Source: an uncultured candidate division Zixibacteria bacterium
GTDB lineage: Bacteria > Zixibacteria > MSB-5A5 > GN15 > FEB-12
Length of the DNA: 64,000 bases
Reading direction: 5' to 3'
NCBI GenBank assembly: GCA_963735035.1
Contig: CAVTJJ010000003.1
Coordinates: 128,001-192,000 of the forward strand
A model generated the notes under the pieces. It ran no database searches. It had not been told where the DNA came from and saw nothing but the letters and a program-made list of their open reading frames with translations. The position numbers and the translations under genes were made by a program. Positions within the stretch are counted from its first letter, which is position 1. Each line of letters starts with the position of its first letter. Positions 1 through 9,919 of this stretch are shown here, piece after piece.

Positions 1-2
1 TC

Positions 3-338
3 TCAGCAACTAACAACAACGGCCAGATATTCGTTGAGTCGAGCCAGGGTCCGGTGGAGTTGAGCAACTCCTACGGTAATATCAGTGTCTCTCTCGAACG
101 TGGTTTCAAGGGGGGATCATCGATTACCAACACCGGCGGCACGATCAAGCTGTCGATTATTCAGCAACCCGATCTCGTGCTGTCCCTGCACACCATAGGC
201 GGAAGTATCACGAGCAGTCTGCCGCTTTCGGTTCGTTCGAGGGGTGATGCCAAGACGGCGGAACTGGAACTTGGCGACGGGGGTGAGTCGCTGGATGTAT
301 CGGGTGACGGCAGCGCGATCGTTATTCAGGGACGGTGA
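3..338 (+). CDS. DUF4097/adhesin-like beta-strand repeat protein, 5' partial
   Basis: Frame open from window start (SATNNNGQIFVESSQGPVELSNSYGNISV...); repeated S/T-x-x-G-x-I strands. Confidence 0.7.
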   Translation, partial: SATNNNGQIFVESSQGPVELSNSYGNISVSLERGFKGGSSITNTGGTIKLSIIQQPDLVLSLHTIGGSITSSLPLSVRSRGDAKTAELELGDGGESLDVSGDGSAIVIQGR

Positions 339-394
339 GCCCCATCCTCTCCGTGTGACATAAAGAACCCAATCGGGACATTACCAATAGTCTT

Positions 395-450
395 GAGATT
401 GCCGCGCTACGATGTCCGCCTGGCGGCGGGCCATCTCCACTCGCAATGAC
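395..450. repeat. REP-like element (GAGATTGCCGCG...CTCGCAATGAC family)
   Basis: Related sequence at 11746-11893 and GTGGCAATCTC at 22566; lies between convergent genes. Confidence 0.55.
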
Positions 451-490
451 CTGGGATGGGGCCTCTCGCACTCATCTGGCCCCGTAGTGC

Positions 491-1798
491 CTACGCGACT
501 TCCACCGGTTGTCTTAGATTCTCCAGCTTCGAGCGGATACGGTTTTCCACCGCCTCAACACTTTTCTGATCGTAATAGAGGGCACTTTCGGTGCGAGTCA
601 GGTGCTGCATTTCCGACATCACGGCACTGACCGCTTCCATCTCGCGCGTTATTTCCCTGGCCGTCTGAGTCACCATCCCGCTCGGATCCACAATGGCGCC
701 GTCGCGAATCCCCGCCTCGACTTCGCGGACCCGGTGCAGAATCGACGCTGCAATCGTATCGACGTATTGAGTAAAGGCGGATGTAGTCGCCTTGAACGAT
801 TCAAGAAATCCGGTCTTGACCTGCTCTCCGGCGAACTTCGACTGGATACGCCGATTCTCTTCGAGAAGCGCCTCGACCGCCGCGTACTGCTGAAACAGCA
901 GCCGGTTGGCTTCCTTGAGGATGTCCTCGGTCGAGCCGATGTCCATTTCCAGGTACTTGGACTCTTCGATAGTTTTCGAGAAGAGTTGTTTTTCAATAGT
1001 ACAATAAGCTTCGAGGCTGAGACGCAGGTTCCCACGAATGATGTCGCGATTGCTGCGCTCGGCATTGTCGGAGCCTATCTGCAAATCGGCGATACGGAAT
1101 TTCGAAGTCCGGTTGGCCAGGTTGACTATCTGGCTGCCGATCATCTCCGGCTCATCGGCTCCCGGTGAAAAGACCGTATGATGATGTCCAACCGCCTGGC
1201 AGACTGATTCCGGCAGACGCCATTGTTCTAACAAGAACTGACCAACCCGGGCATGATTACTACCCCAGGCCTCTTCTTCAAGTTCGACCAGGGTGCCGTT
1301 GCCGAGCGACTTCTTCCACATCTTCTGATATTGGTCGGCGAACGACCGTTCGAGCACCAGGAGCCCTATATCGTGCAAGAGACCGGCGACAAACATCTCC
1401 TCGGTCTTCTTGTAGCCACTTTTCTCGGATATATCCCGTGCCGCGATCGCGGTTTCCAGCGAATGTCGCCAGAAGCGAACGCGGTCGAAAGACGATGGCC
1501 ACCGCTCGGTCATCGAATAGACAGAGGTAGAGAGCGCCAGAGCCGTAACCTGACGCATGCCAAGCGTTACTACGGCCTGCGGCACCGACCCTATCTTGCG
1601 GCCCATGCCGTAGTAGGGAGAATTTACCACCCGAAGCACCCTGGCCGTCATGGCCGGATCGCGCATCAGGACCTTGGCCAGATCGTCAGCCCCGGTATTG
1701 TCGTCGGCTACAACCCGGAGAACTTCAGACAGGGTCTGGGGTAAAGCGTACAGTTTTAGCCCGTCGTCGAGAACCTTCTTGATAGCATCGTGCACCAT
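491..1798 (-). CDS. HDOD domain signal transduction protein
   Basis: LPQ...DPAMTARVLRVVNSPYY, FWRHS, LLHDIG, HARVG HDOD motifs; C-terminal coiled coil. Confidence 0.9.
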   Translation of the reverse strand: MVHDAIKKVLDDGLKLYALPQTLSEVLRVVADDNTGADDLAKVLMRDPAMTARVLRVVNSPYYGMGRKIGSVPQAVVTLGMRQVTALALSTSVYSMTERWPSSFDRVRFWRHSLETAIAARDISEKSGYKKTEEMFVAGLLHDIGLLVLERSFADQYQKMWKKSLGNGTLVELEEEAWGSNHARVGQFLLEQWRLPESVCQAVGHHHTVFSPGADEPEMIGSQIVNLANRTSKFRIADLQIGSDNAERSNRDIIRGNLRLSLEAYCTIEKQLFSKTIEESKYLEMDIGSTEDILKEANRLLFQQYAAVEALLEENRRIQSKFAGEQVKTGFLESFKATTSAFTQYVDTIAASILHRVREVEAGIRDGAIVDPSGMVTQTAREITREMEAVSAVMSEMQHLTRTESALYYDQKSVEAVENRIRSKLENLRQPVEVA

Positions 1799-1854
1799 AG
1801 GGCTTCCTCCTAGACTGTTTATCGGCTGAAGGGAAATTGTAATGAGCGAGGAAG

Positions 1855-3081
1855 TTACCTGGGCTGGCCGGAAAGACGTCGACGGAGCCGCTCCAGACGG
1901 CGATTGAGGTGGTCCAGATGGCGTTCCCCCTTGGGTTCCGCCCTCCCGGCCCGCAGAGCATAGTCCAGGGCACCTTGATAGTCCTTGATACGGTGCTCGA
2001 AGTGTTTCGACAGTTCAAGGGCCGCCAGGGCGGCTTCCGTGCCGGTATGGTCGGCCAACTGCCGCCAAAGCTCAACCGCCCGATCCCATTCGCCTTGTCG
2101 CTTGAAGGCCAACGAATGGTAGAGAAGTACTTCGTCCGATAGAGGCGGTCCGGTGGTTCGGGATAGCGTCTGAAAATTGGCGATTACTTTCTGGTGCCGT
2201 TTACGCCGGCCGTAAACCCGGGACAAGGAATAGAGATCGTCGGCATAGTCGAGAGATTTCCCTTCGGTCAGGAACACCTCGTTGACCCGCATCAGCAGGA
2301 AGTACAACGAGAGTATGTCCAGGCGGTTGTGCTCGAGGACCGCGACCATTGAATCGGTGGCATCGGTCTGCAGCCATTCGAAATAGATCGACGGGATCAG
2401 GTGACCGGGGATGTCATCCTGGCGATAGAAGCCAAAGACTTCGCGCTCGATACTGGTCAGGCTGCAATCATTGATGCGGCGTTTGAAGAGACGCCGGGTA
2501 GAGTGCAATAGATCGAAATGGCCGGCGTGAGGAATTTCACGGGCCACTCGGTTGACGATAAACCGGTCACGGATCAGGTTGAGATCGAAGGCGGCGCCGT
2601 TGTAGCTGACCAGAGTACGGTCGCCTGTCAGTTCAAAAAGGACCCGTTCAAGCATCGCGGCCTCGTCGGCGTAATCCGGCAAGAGGTACTGACGAACCTC
2701 AAAGCCACGATCGGTCAGCGTACCAAGACCGATCAGAAACGGAACCGCTCCGGTCCCTCCCAGGCCGGTGGTTTCGGTGTCTATGAACAGCAAGTTTTCA
2801 AGAGCCACCGAGCCTTGAGATTCCATGGCTGAATACGAAGCCACTTCGACAGTAGCGTCTGCTCCGGGGGGCGTGAACTTTGCCCAGCCAAATTCATGGC
2901 CGAACTGATAGATGGTGGAAGTGCGGATGTAGTTTCCGGCCGGATCGCAGACTACCTCTCCCCCGACCGCCTCGGCCAGCCGCTGATAACGTGAAGAAAC
3001 AGCTTGAGTAGGTGGAGCGGGTTTACTGGCGACCAGACCTTTCATTCGATCCAGTCGCTCTGTCAGGCGGTCATTTTTCAT
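1855..3081 (-). CDS. YprB/MrfB-like RNase H-fold exonuclease with C-terminal TPR
   Basis: FIDTETTGL, SYNGAAFD, HFDLLH, HNRLDI motifs; helical repeat C-terminus. Confidence 0.85.
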   Translation of the reverse strand: MKNDRLTERLDRMKGLVASKPAPPTQAVSSRYQRLAEAVGGEVVCDPAGNYIRTSTIYQFGHEFGWAKFTPPGADATVEVASYSAMESQGSVALENLLFIDTETTGLGGTGAVPFLIGLGTLTDRGFEVRQYLLPDYADEAAMLERVLFELTGDRTLVSYNGAAFDLNLIRDRFIVNRVAREIPHAGHFDLLHSTRRLFKRRINDCSLTSIEREVFGFYRQDDIPGHLIPSIYFEWLQTDATDSMVAVLEHNRLDILSLYFLLMRVNEVFLTEGKSLDYADDLYSLSRVYGRRKRHQKVIANFQTLSRTTGPPLSDEVLLYHSLAFKRQGEWDRAVELWRQLADHTGTEAALAALELSKHFEHRIKDYQGALDYALRAGRAEPKGERHLDHLNRRLERLRRRLSGQPR

Positions 3082-4009
3082 GCTGCACGGGATTGAGCGC
3101 CGATTCTACCTTGAGCCGCGCGAGACGATCCGGTTCGGCGTCGAAATAGCGCTGTCGGAAATTGAGGCGGTCTCCAGGATCAGCCTTGGCCAGCGCTTCG
3201 GCGGCATGGGCGCGTCTTTCAAGATCGATTGATTCAGCCTGCAAGATGAGAATTTGTAGAGCGGAGTCGGTGCCTATTCGCCCGAGCAGGCGGCAACCGA
3301 GATTGCCCAGCATCTGATTGGGAGAGTCTATCGAATCTGAAACGACGGTAACTACGACCGTGGTTTCGAGACGAAGCAGCGAGTTGATAGCAGTGAGTCT
3401 TGCTCCATAGAAATCGTCGCCCAGGCAATGCACCAGCTCTTCGACCGACTCAGCCACTCGCAATTGTCCGCAGGCGACTACCGCCGATTTACGCACCTGG
3501 CCGACCGAGTCCTTCAGCGCTTCTATGGCAATCTCGGAAGCCCGCGAACTGCCGATACGCCCCAACGCGCCGATGGCTTCGTCGCGAACCTGCCAACTCT
3601 GGTGCTTACAAACCCCGACTAAGCCGTCTACCGCTGTAGAATCTTTGATGTCACCTAGTACCGAGGCGACTCGCTGGACGACCAAATCGTCCGGTCGTTT
3701 GAGCGCTTCCAAAAGCAGCGGTACCGCCGGAGGGCCGATCCTTTGAAAGATCCAGATGAGAGTCCATTTGTCCCAAGAGGACCGGGTACTGAATTTCTCG
3801 ATCAGGTACGGCACGGCGTTGGCCTTGTAGGCAGCGATTTGGTTCATGGCCGAATCACGCAGATTCTGATATTGTATCTCCGCCGACGACGCGATCACGA
3901 ATAGAGAGTCGAGTTGACGTTCAAATTCGCCTTTCGCGGACACGGTCGGCGCGATTGCTACCGTCAACAAGATCGCCACGTACAGAAATTTGGGAATCAC
4001 TTTTGACAT
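3071..4009 (-). CDS. Secreted HEAT repeat protein
   Basis: Signal peptide; repeated L.D....VR..A..ALG.IG. Confidence 0.85.
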   Translation of the reverse strand: MSKVIPKFLYVAILLTVAIAPTVSAKGEFERQLDSLFVIASSAEIQYQNLRDSAMNQIAAYKANAVPYLIEKFSTRSSWDKWTLIWIFQRIGPPAVPLLLEALKRPDDLVVQRVASVLGDIKDSTAVDGLVGVCKHQSWQVRDEAIGALGRIGSSRASEIAIEALKDSVGQVRKSAVVACGQLRVAESVEELVHCLGDDFYGARLTAINSLLRLETTVVVTVVSDSIDSPNQMLGNLGCRLLGRIGTDSALQILILQAESIDLERRAHAAEALAKADPGDRLNFRQRYFDAEPDRLARLKVESALNPVQHEK

Positions 4010-4010
4010 A

Positions 4011-5945
4011 CTACGGTCCTTTCCCCGAGGAATCGGCCGGATTCAGCTCTATATCCATCCCCCCGCCCCAATCTCGCACCGCCTGCCAATAATAGTTGTC
4101 GCGGCCGTTGCCGTCGTACTGATCTTTCCCCCCCAGATCGATAAACAAGCCGATAGAGCCAAAATCCCGGCGGGGATCACCGGCCCCCTGAGCCAGGCTC
4201 GAGTTGCTGCTGAAATACCGGTCGGCGCCGGAGAGGTCCATCAGAATTCCGATACCGTTGGCGGAGCCATCCCCCTGGACTTTGTCGAATCCGACATAAG
4301 TATCATTGCCGCCCCGGTCGAGCAGCCAGCCAAACGCGTAATCATGGCCGCACCCCTGCATGACACCTTTGCCGTAGTACATGTCATTGCCGGACTCGTC
4401 CATGAGCAGACCCATGGCCATGTGGGTAGCGGCCCCCTGGCCGTACTGGTAACAGTTGTACGAGTCGATCCCCGACGAATCGTAGAGTATACCCAGCGAC
4501 CACCAATAGGCGGCTCCCTGCCCATAGATGTCGGCGTAGTAGTTGTCGTTACCTTTCAGATCGATGATCGCCCCGATGCCGCCAGACATCCAGGGTCTAA
4601 TGCCACAGGCGTACCCCTGTGACATCGATTGATAGTGGTCGTTATAGCGATTGATGTCTTTGTATTTCCCGCCGGCAAAGTAGTTGTCTGAACCCTCGGA
4701 TTCGAAAATGACTCCAGCACCTTCAACGAATCCGAAACCCTGGGAATAAGCGGCGGCGTTATAGTTGTCCCGGCCGCCCTCATCGATTAACAGACCGATT
4801 CCGAACGTCCCTGCTCCCTGCACGTGGGTGTCGCCGCTGTAGTGGTCATTGCCGGAAGCGTCATAGAGCATACCGAATCCGAACCAGCCGGAGCCGAGCC
4901 CAAACGATTTGGAGTCGTACCAGTCATTGCCGCCGTAGTCGAACAACAAACCGACCGAGAGGCAGCCGGACCCGAGCGTGAAATCAGACATGCCCCGGTA
5001 GATGTCGTCACCGGCCAGATCGATTATGATGACACCGTGTGGATTGGCCGGATCGTAAGTGAGTTCGTAAACGTCATTGCCGCCGACATCGAGAATGAAA
5101 CTGTAGTCGCCCTTGTAGTAATCGTTGCCGGGCCCGCCGATTTTCCATCCCGGCTGGCATCCCAGATAGCTCGAATCGACCATGTCTTTGGGGATGTAGC
5201 CGGTAGTGGCGAGAATCTTGGCGGCCGAATCACCCGCGAGGACATTACGCAGGGCCGCAATATCCGGCAGGAGATCACGAATGCAATCTATTCCCGCAGC
5301 CGTGAGCGGGTCTTTTTGAATCCTCGGGGCGAACTTGACAAATTCCTCGACGTACTTCTCTTCTTTCTGCTCCAGCGAATCAGCGGCCGCCACCGAGAGA
5401 AATTCCTCCTGATCGCTCATCGCCACGACTTCTTTGAATTCGTTGACCACGAACTGTCGCTGGTGCTTGGTCAGGTCGGGCAACGTGAGCGCGGTCGAGC
5501 CGGGGAACACCGCTTCGAGATAGGCCGCGGCTTTGGTGAGAAGGCCGTTGAGGGCGATGTTGGTGTACACGAGGGTGTAGCCTTCCTGTATTTCGGACAG
5601 GTTGGGACGGTGCGGTCGTCCCCGCTCTTTCTGCAGCTCCAGAGCCATATCGGCATGAAGCACGCCCGCCAGAATGTCCGGCTGACCCTTTGCGTAGGCG
5701 TTTTTGAGCGCCAACACATAATCTCTCGTCCTGAGAGGATCGCGCATCAGATCGGCTATCATTTTCAATCGCAGCGAATCGGTTTCGGTATAGTCGGAGC
5801 GGAAGGCCAGGTCGGACGGTTTCAGGCCGAGGTACTCGGTCAGGTGCTCGATCCCGAACTGCTCCGCCTGTCGCAGGCTGTCCTGAGCTCCTACTCCGGG
5901 AGTAAGACCGATTAAGGCCGACAGCAATAGAAGGGTTCTTTTCAT
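4011..5945 (-). CDS. Secreted hypothetical protein with tandem G-x-L-x-D-x-x-G-x-D-x-Y repeats
   Basis: Signal peptide; about 11 Gly/Asp-rich repeats in the C-terminal half. Confidence 0.8.
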   Translation of the reverse strand: MKRTLLLLSALIGLTPGVGAQDSLRQAEQFGIEHLTEYLGLKPSDLAFRSDYTETDSLRLKMIADLMRDPLRTRDYVLALKNAYAKGQPDILAGVLHADMALELQKERGRPHRPNLSEIQEGYTLVYTNIALNGLLTKAAAYLEAVFPGSTALTLPDLTKHQRQFVVNEFKEVVAMSDQEEFLSVAAADSLEQKEEKYVEEFVKFAPRIQKDPLTAAGIDCIRDLLPDIAALRNVLAGDSAAKILATTGYIPKDMVDSSYLGCQPGWKIGGPGNDYYKGDYSFILDVGGNDVYELTYDPANPHGVIIIDLAGDDIYRGMSDFTLGSGCLSVGLLFDYGGNDWYDSKSFGLGSGWFGFGMLYDASGNDHYSGDTHVQGAGTFGIGLLIDEGGRDNYNAAAYSQGFGFVEGAGVIFESEGSDNYFAGGKYKDINRYNDHYQSMSQGYACGIRPWMSGGIGAIIDLKGNDNYYADIYGQGAAYWWSLGILYDSSGIDSYNCYQYGQGAATHMAMGLLMDESGNDMYYGKGVMQGCGHDYAFGWLLDRGGNDTYVGFDKVQGDGSANGIGILMDLSGADRYFSSNSSLAQGAGDPRRDFGSIGLFIDLGGKDQYDGNGRDNYYWQAVRDWGGGMDIELNPADSSGKGP

Positions 5946-6012
5946 AGTGTCAGAATAATAGAGCGAGTTGTTTTACGGGGTCAAGAACAATGATAGCCGG
6001 GCAGATTGACAC

Positions 6013-6043
6013 AAAAAAGAGGCGCCCCATCCGGGACGCCTCT
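6013..6043 (-). terminator. Intrinsic terminator after pilin 1
   Basis: Minus strand AGAGGCGTCCC-GGAT-GGGGCGCCTCT followed by T tract. Confidence 0.85.
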
Positions 6044-6070
6044 CGCTTGTCTCAGCTCGTAACCCGAGGG

Positions 6071-6445
6071 TTAAGGAGCTATGGTACCATCCTGGTCGAT
6101 GGTGAACGTGGTCACGAGGTCAGCATCGGTACCATCCGGGGTCGCGGAAGCCGTGAAGGTGTTCGCGGCGGCAGCGTCGATGGCGTAGACGAACTTGGCG
6201 TTCGTCGGAATGTCGAAGCCGATCACCCCCAGGTCAGCCGAGTAGTTGCCGGTTTCCTGGCGAACAGTACGTTCCAGCGTGAAGATCTGCTTCAGAATGG
6301 TCTTGGCCTCAGACTCCTTGGCCTTGACGGTGGCAGCCATGAACCGCGGAATGGCCAGGGCGGCCAAGATACCGATGATCACGACAACGATCATCAACTC
6401 GATAAGGGTGAAACCCTTCTGACGGTTGTGGAATTTTTGAAACAT
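6071..6445 (-). CDS. pilA: Type IVa pilin (probable major pilin)
   Basis: QKG|FTLIELMIVVVIIGILAALAIP prepilin motif; AAGGAGG RBS; own promoter and terminator. Confidence 0.9.
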   Translation of the reverse strand: MFQKFHNRQKGFTLIELMIVVVIIGILAALAIPRFMAATVKAKESEAKTILKQIFTLERTVRQETGNYSADLGVIGFDIPTNAKFVYAIDAAAANTFTASATPDGTDADLVTTFTIDQDGTIAP

Positions 6446-6518
6446 TGTGCCTCCTTAAAGGTTGATCTAGTTCTTGCTTTCTTATTTCGGTCTCTTTGCC
6501 AATTCGCTGAAGTATTAG

Positions 6519-6532
6519 GCAATGATTATGCC
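6519..6532 (-). promoter_or_regulatory. Sigma-54 -24/-12 promoter of pilin 1
   Basis: GGCATAATCATTGC = GG-N10-GC, ~75 bp upstream of ATG. Confidence 0.75.
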
Positions 6533-6570
6533 CTCTTGGCCGCCAAAAATTGCACATCCAACCTAGCTGA

Positions 6571-6583
6571 TAAGTTCTTGATA
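6571..6583 (-). promoter_or_regulatory. Putative IHF site
   Basis: TATCAAGAACTTA matches WATCAANNNNTTR, just upstream of the sigma-54 box. Confidence 0.55.
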
Positions 6584-6731
6584 GACAGCGACCCTGCGTC
6601 GATTCCGACTTGTCTCGGCCTGGCTGAGGCATCCTTGCCATTTCCAATCGGGATTCCGTCGGGCGAAATGCGACCATTTTTCGCAAAATGCAATGCTCGG
6701 AGGGTCTGAATAGCGGTTCGGAACCGATAAC

Positions 6732-6757
6732 AAAACACCCCGGCCGGGCCGGGGTGT
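6732..6757 (-). terminator. Intrinsic terminator after pilin 2
   Basis: ACACCCCGGC...GCCGGGGTGT followed by TTTG on minus strand. Confidence 0.75.
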
Positions 6758-6789
6758 CAAAATCATATCGGGCCTTGGAGTTCATCGAC

Positions 6790-7215
6790 TTAGCTGGTGG
6801 CGTCGTTCGACGTGCAGACCATGTTGCCGTCGGAGTGAATGACCCAGGTGTCAATGGTGGCGTCCTCGTCAAGATTGGCGGTGGCGGTGGCCTCGAAGTC
6901 TACGCCGGCCAACTGAATAGTGTACTCGTAGCGGGCGTTGGCCGGGATCTCAACGTTTATGATCTGGAAGGGTAACCGGTTGGCTGAACTACCAGTCGCT
7001 CCGGATGAGAAATAACTGTGGGTCGGCGACGAGGCCCGATACAGCATCTGCATGGTGCATATCTGCTTAAGCAGCATCTTAGCTTCGCCCTGCTTGGCCT
7101 TGATGGCCGCCTGACCGTAGCGCGGGATCGCCAAAGCCGCCAGAAGGCCAATGATAACGACTACTATCATCAATTCAATCAACGTGAAGCCGCTCTGTAA
7201 CGACTTTCGATTCAT
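6790..7215 (-). CDS. Second type IVa pilin
   Basis: QSG|FTLIELMIVVVIIGLLAALAIP; visibly paralogous to 6071..6445. Confidence 0.9.
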   Translation of the reverse strand: MNRKSLQSGFTLIELMIVVVIIGLLAALAIPRYGQAAIKAKQGEAKMLLKQICTMQMLYRASSPTHSYFSSGATGSSANRLPFQIINVEIPANARYEYTIQLAGVDFEATATANLDEDATIDTWVIHSDGNMVCTSNDATS

Positions 7216-7264
7216 AAACCACCTCTTCTCGAGGGACTTTGCGTCCGGTTTCCCCAGATCTACC

Positions 7265-7278
7265 GCAATCCGCGTTCC
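7265..7278 (-). promoter_or_regulatory. Sigma-54 -24/-12 promoter of pilin 2
   Basis: GGAACGCGGATTGC = GG-N10-GC, ~50 bp upstream of ATG. Confidence 0.65.
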
Positions 7279-7299
7279 GTGACGCTGTTCAATATTTGA

Positions 7300-8703
7300 C
7301 TATCCGGCGCCGTCGTCCGAACTTCGACGCGGACCTTTCTTCTTCTCATCATCGACCAGATCGTACCGCTGTATTTTTCGGTAGAGGGTCGAGGTGTCAA
7401 TTCCGAGTATACGCGCCGCCTCCGCCTTCTTGCCTTCGGTTTGAGTCATAACGTAGTGGATGTAGGCTTTCTCGATCGATTCCAGTGTCGGATTCGCCGG
7501 CGCGGCTTCCTGCACCAGGTTAATTGACTGCGGCTGCGTAAGTTTCTCGGGGAAATCGGACGGCTCCAGCATATCGGTTCGGTTCAATAGAATGGCCCGT
7601 TCGATGATATTCTCCAGTTCGCGAACATTGCCCGGCCAGGCGTAACCACGCAACACATCCATGGAAGCGTCCGAGACTTTCCGAAGACGTTCCTTGGAAC
7701 GCTCGCAGAACTTCTTGACGAAAAACTCCACCAGCAGCGGCAGGTCATCCATCCGGTCTCGAAGCGGCGGTATCGTAATCGGAATAACATTTAGGCGATA
7801 GAACAAGTCGGCGCGGAACCGGTTGGCTTTCACGTCCTCTTCGAGATCGGCGTTGGTGGCGGCGATAAGACGGACATCGACATCAATCGGTTTGGTGTCA
7901 CCCACCGGAATGATCTTCTTGTCTTCGAGCACCCGCAAGAGCTTGACTTGTATGCTGAGCGACGTATTGCCGACCTCGTCGAGAAAGAACGTCCCGCCGC
8001 TGGCGACTTTGAAAAGCCCCTCTTTATCCCTGATCGCCCCCGTGAACGCGCCTTTCTTGTGACCGAACAGTTCGGTTTCGAGCAGTGTCTCGGGCAGCGC
8101 GGCGCAGTTGATCGTTACGAAGGGTCCGCCGCAGCGTGGCGACATGGAATGAATCCCCTTGGCGATCAGGTCTTTTCCGGTGCCCGACTCGCCGCGGATC
8201 ATAACGGTCGACTCAGACCCGGCAACTGTACGAGCCAGTTTCTTGACCTTGACGATAGACTCGGACTGGCCGATGAAATTTTCGAAGGAGTAATCGCCCT
8301 GAAGCTGTTTCTTCAGGCTGATGTTCTCCCCTATCAGCTTACGCCGGTTGATCGATTTCTCGATCACCAGCTTGATCTCGTCCACCTTGAACGGCTTGGT
8401 AATGTAATCGGCCGCCCCCTGTTTCATCGCCTCGATTGCCGTATCGACCGACGCGAACGCGGTCATGACGATGAATTCCTGCTCCGACTTGAAGGACCGT
8501 ACCTGCTTGAGGACATCGATACCGGTCATCTCCGGCATGTTCAGGTCGGCGATAATCAGGTCAAAGTTCTCGTCACGGACTTTGGCGACGCCGTCGCGGG
8601 GCGACGAGGTCACGTCGACCTCGTACCCTTCCTTGGACAGCATAATCTCCATGAAATTGCACATGGAGTCTTCGTCGTCGATTACGAGAATTCTGGCAGA
8701 CAT
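7300..8703 (-). CDS. Sigma-54-dependent response regulator (NtrC/PilR-like)
   Basis: REC domain, GESGTGKD Walker A, GAFTGA, WPGNVREL, Fis-type HTH; start moved to MSARILVIDD. Confidence 0.95.
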   Translation of the reverse strand: MSARILVIDDEDSMCNFMEIMLSKEGYEVDVTSSPRDGVAKVRDENFDLIIADLNMPEMTGIDVLKQVRSFKSEQEFIVMTAFASVDTAIEAMKQGAADYITKPFKVDEIKLVIEKSINRRKLIGENISLKKQLQGDYSFENFIGQSESIVKVKKLARTVAGSESTVMIRGESGTGKDLIAKGIHSMSPRCGGPFVTINCAALPETLLETELFGHKKGAFTGAIRDKEGLFKVASGGTFFLDEVGNTSLSIQVKLLRVLEDKKIIPVGDTKPIDVDVRLIAATNADLEEDVKANRFRADLFYRLNVIPITIPPLRDRMDDLPLLVEFFVKKFCERSKERLRKVSDASMDVLRGYAWPGNVRELENIIERAILLNRTDMLEPSDFPEKLTQPQSINLVQEAAPANPTLESIEKAYIHYVMTQTEGKKAEAARILGIDTSTLYRKIQRYDLVDDEKKKGPRRSSDDGAG

Positions 8704-8911
8704 TATCAACTCCGAAAAAAGCCGGACCGGGGCGTATTTCCTCTTACAGTAAGGATTTTCGGCAGGCATCGAATCTCATTGACCCGGCCGGACGACTCTG
8801 ATCATTCTTTCAACAGGGCGTTTGACCGCCCATGAGAACCGCCGTATATTGGCTTGTCCCTACAGTTCATTGCGATGTGAAACAGAGCGGCTGGAAAGCG
8901 CAGGGCACTGA

Positions 8912-9919
8912 TTGAAGAAAGATCGATACTCTCACCGCGAACGACTGCAGATGATTCTCGCGGGCGAAAGGCCGGACCGCTACGCCGCTTCATTCTGGAG
9001 GCATTTTTTCCATCGCGAGCATTTCGCCGAGGGCACCGCCGAAGCGATGCTTCAATTCCAAAAGGAATTCGACTGGGACTTCATGAAGATCAATCCCCGG
9101 GCGGACTATCATATAGAAGGCTGGGGACTGAAACAGGAATGGTCCCACGACGAATTCAAGAAACACCGCAAGAGCAATTTCCCGATAACGAAGCCCGAAG
9201 ATTGGATCAAGATCAAACCATTACCGATGTCGTCGCCGGCCCTGGCGGAACATCTGAAAGTAGTGTCGTTGATACGCCGGGGATCGGATCGGGAGCTGCC
9301 TGTCCTGATGACCATCTTCACGCCTTTGGCTATAGCCGGGCGTATGGTGGAGAATCACAAGACCCTGATCGAGCACATACACAAAGTCCCCGAACTGGTA
9401 CACTCCGGACTGAGAGCGATCACGGACACCTTCGCGAGATTCGCCTCCGAGGTTCGCAACGCCGGAGCCGACGGGATATTCTTCGCCACGACCCAGTGGG
9501 CTAGCAGCGATACGATTACCTGGGAAGAGTATAATCTGTTCGGAATCCCGTACGATTTGGAGATTATCAAAGCGGCTGAGCGGGATTCATTCAATTTGCT
9601 GCACGTCTGTAGCTCCAATTGCTACTTGAAGGAATTGTCAGAATTGGACTATAACGCCGGGCTGGTTAACTGGGAAGCCTGCGATCCGACAAACTTGCCT
9701 CTCGACAAAGCTGAGTCTGTCTTGAAGAACAAAGTCATGGTGGGCGGAGTCGATCACAACGGCTGGCTCTTGCGGGGCGAACCGGGCGAAATCGCCTATA
9801 AGATAGATGAGCTGAAAGAACGCTTTGAGCCCACCCGGCTGATTATCGCCCCCGGTTGTTCGATTCCCCCCGAAGTTCCGTTTGAGAATCTGCACGCTGT
9901 CAGAGAGAGGTTGTCATGA
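8912..9919 (+). CDS. UroD/MtaA-CmuA superfamily protein (not canonical HemE)
   Basis: SFWRHF, AGADGIF, LHVC and IIAPGC motifs; TTG start. Confidence 0.8.
   Translation: MKKDRYSHRERLQMILAGERPDRYAASFWRHFFHREHFAEGTAEAMLQFQKEFDWDFMKINPRADYHIEGWGLKQEWSHDEFKKHRKSNFPITKPEDWIKIKPLPMSSPALAEHLKVVSLIRRGSDRELPVLMTIFTPLAIAGRMVENHKTLIEHIHKVPELVHSGLRAITDTFARFASEVRNAGADGIFFATTQWASSDTITWEEYNLFGIPYDLEIIKAAERDSFNLLHVCSSNCYLKELSELDYNAGLVNWEACDPTNLPLDKAESVLKNKVMVGGVDHNGWLLRGEPGEIAYKIDELKERFEPTRLIIAPGCSIPPEVPFENLHAVRERLS

Noticed and set aside
6071..6445. Electrically conductive (e-pilin) candidate
   Set aside because: Has F1, F24 and Y57 but no aromatic at 27, 32, 50 or 51; about 9 aromatics in 113 residues
8912..9919. 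hemE
   Set aside because: Lacks the MRQAGR substrate-binding motif
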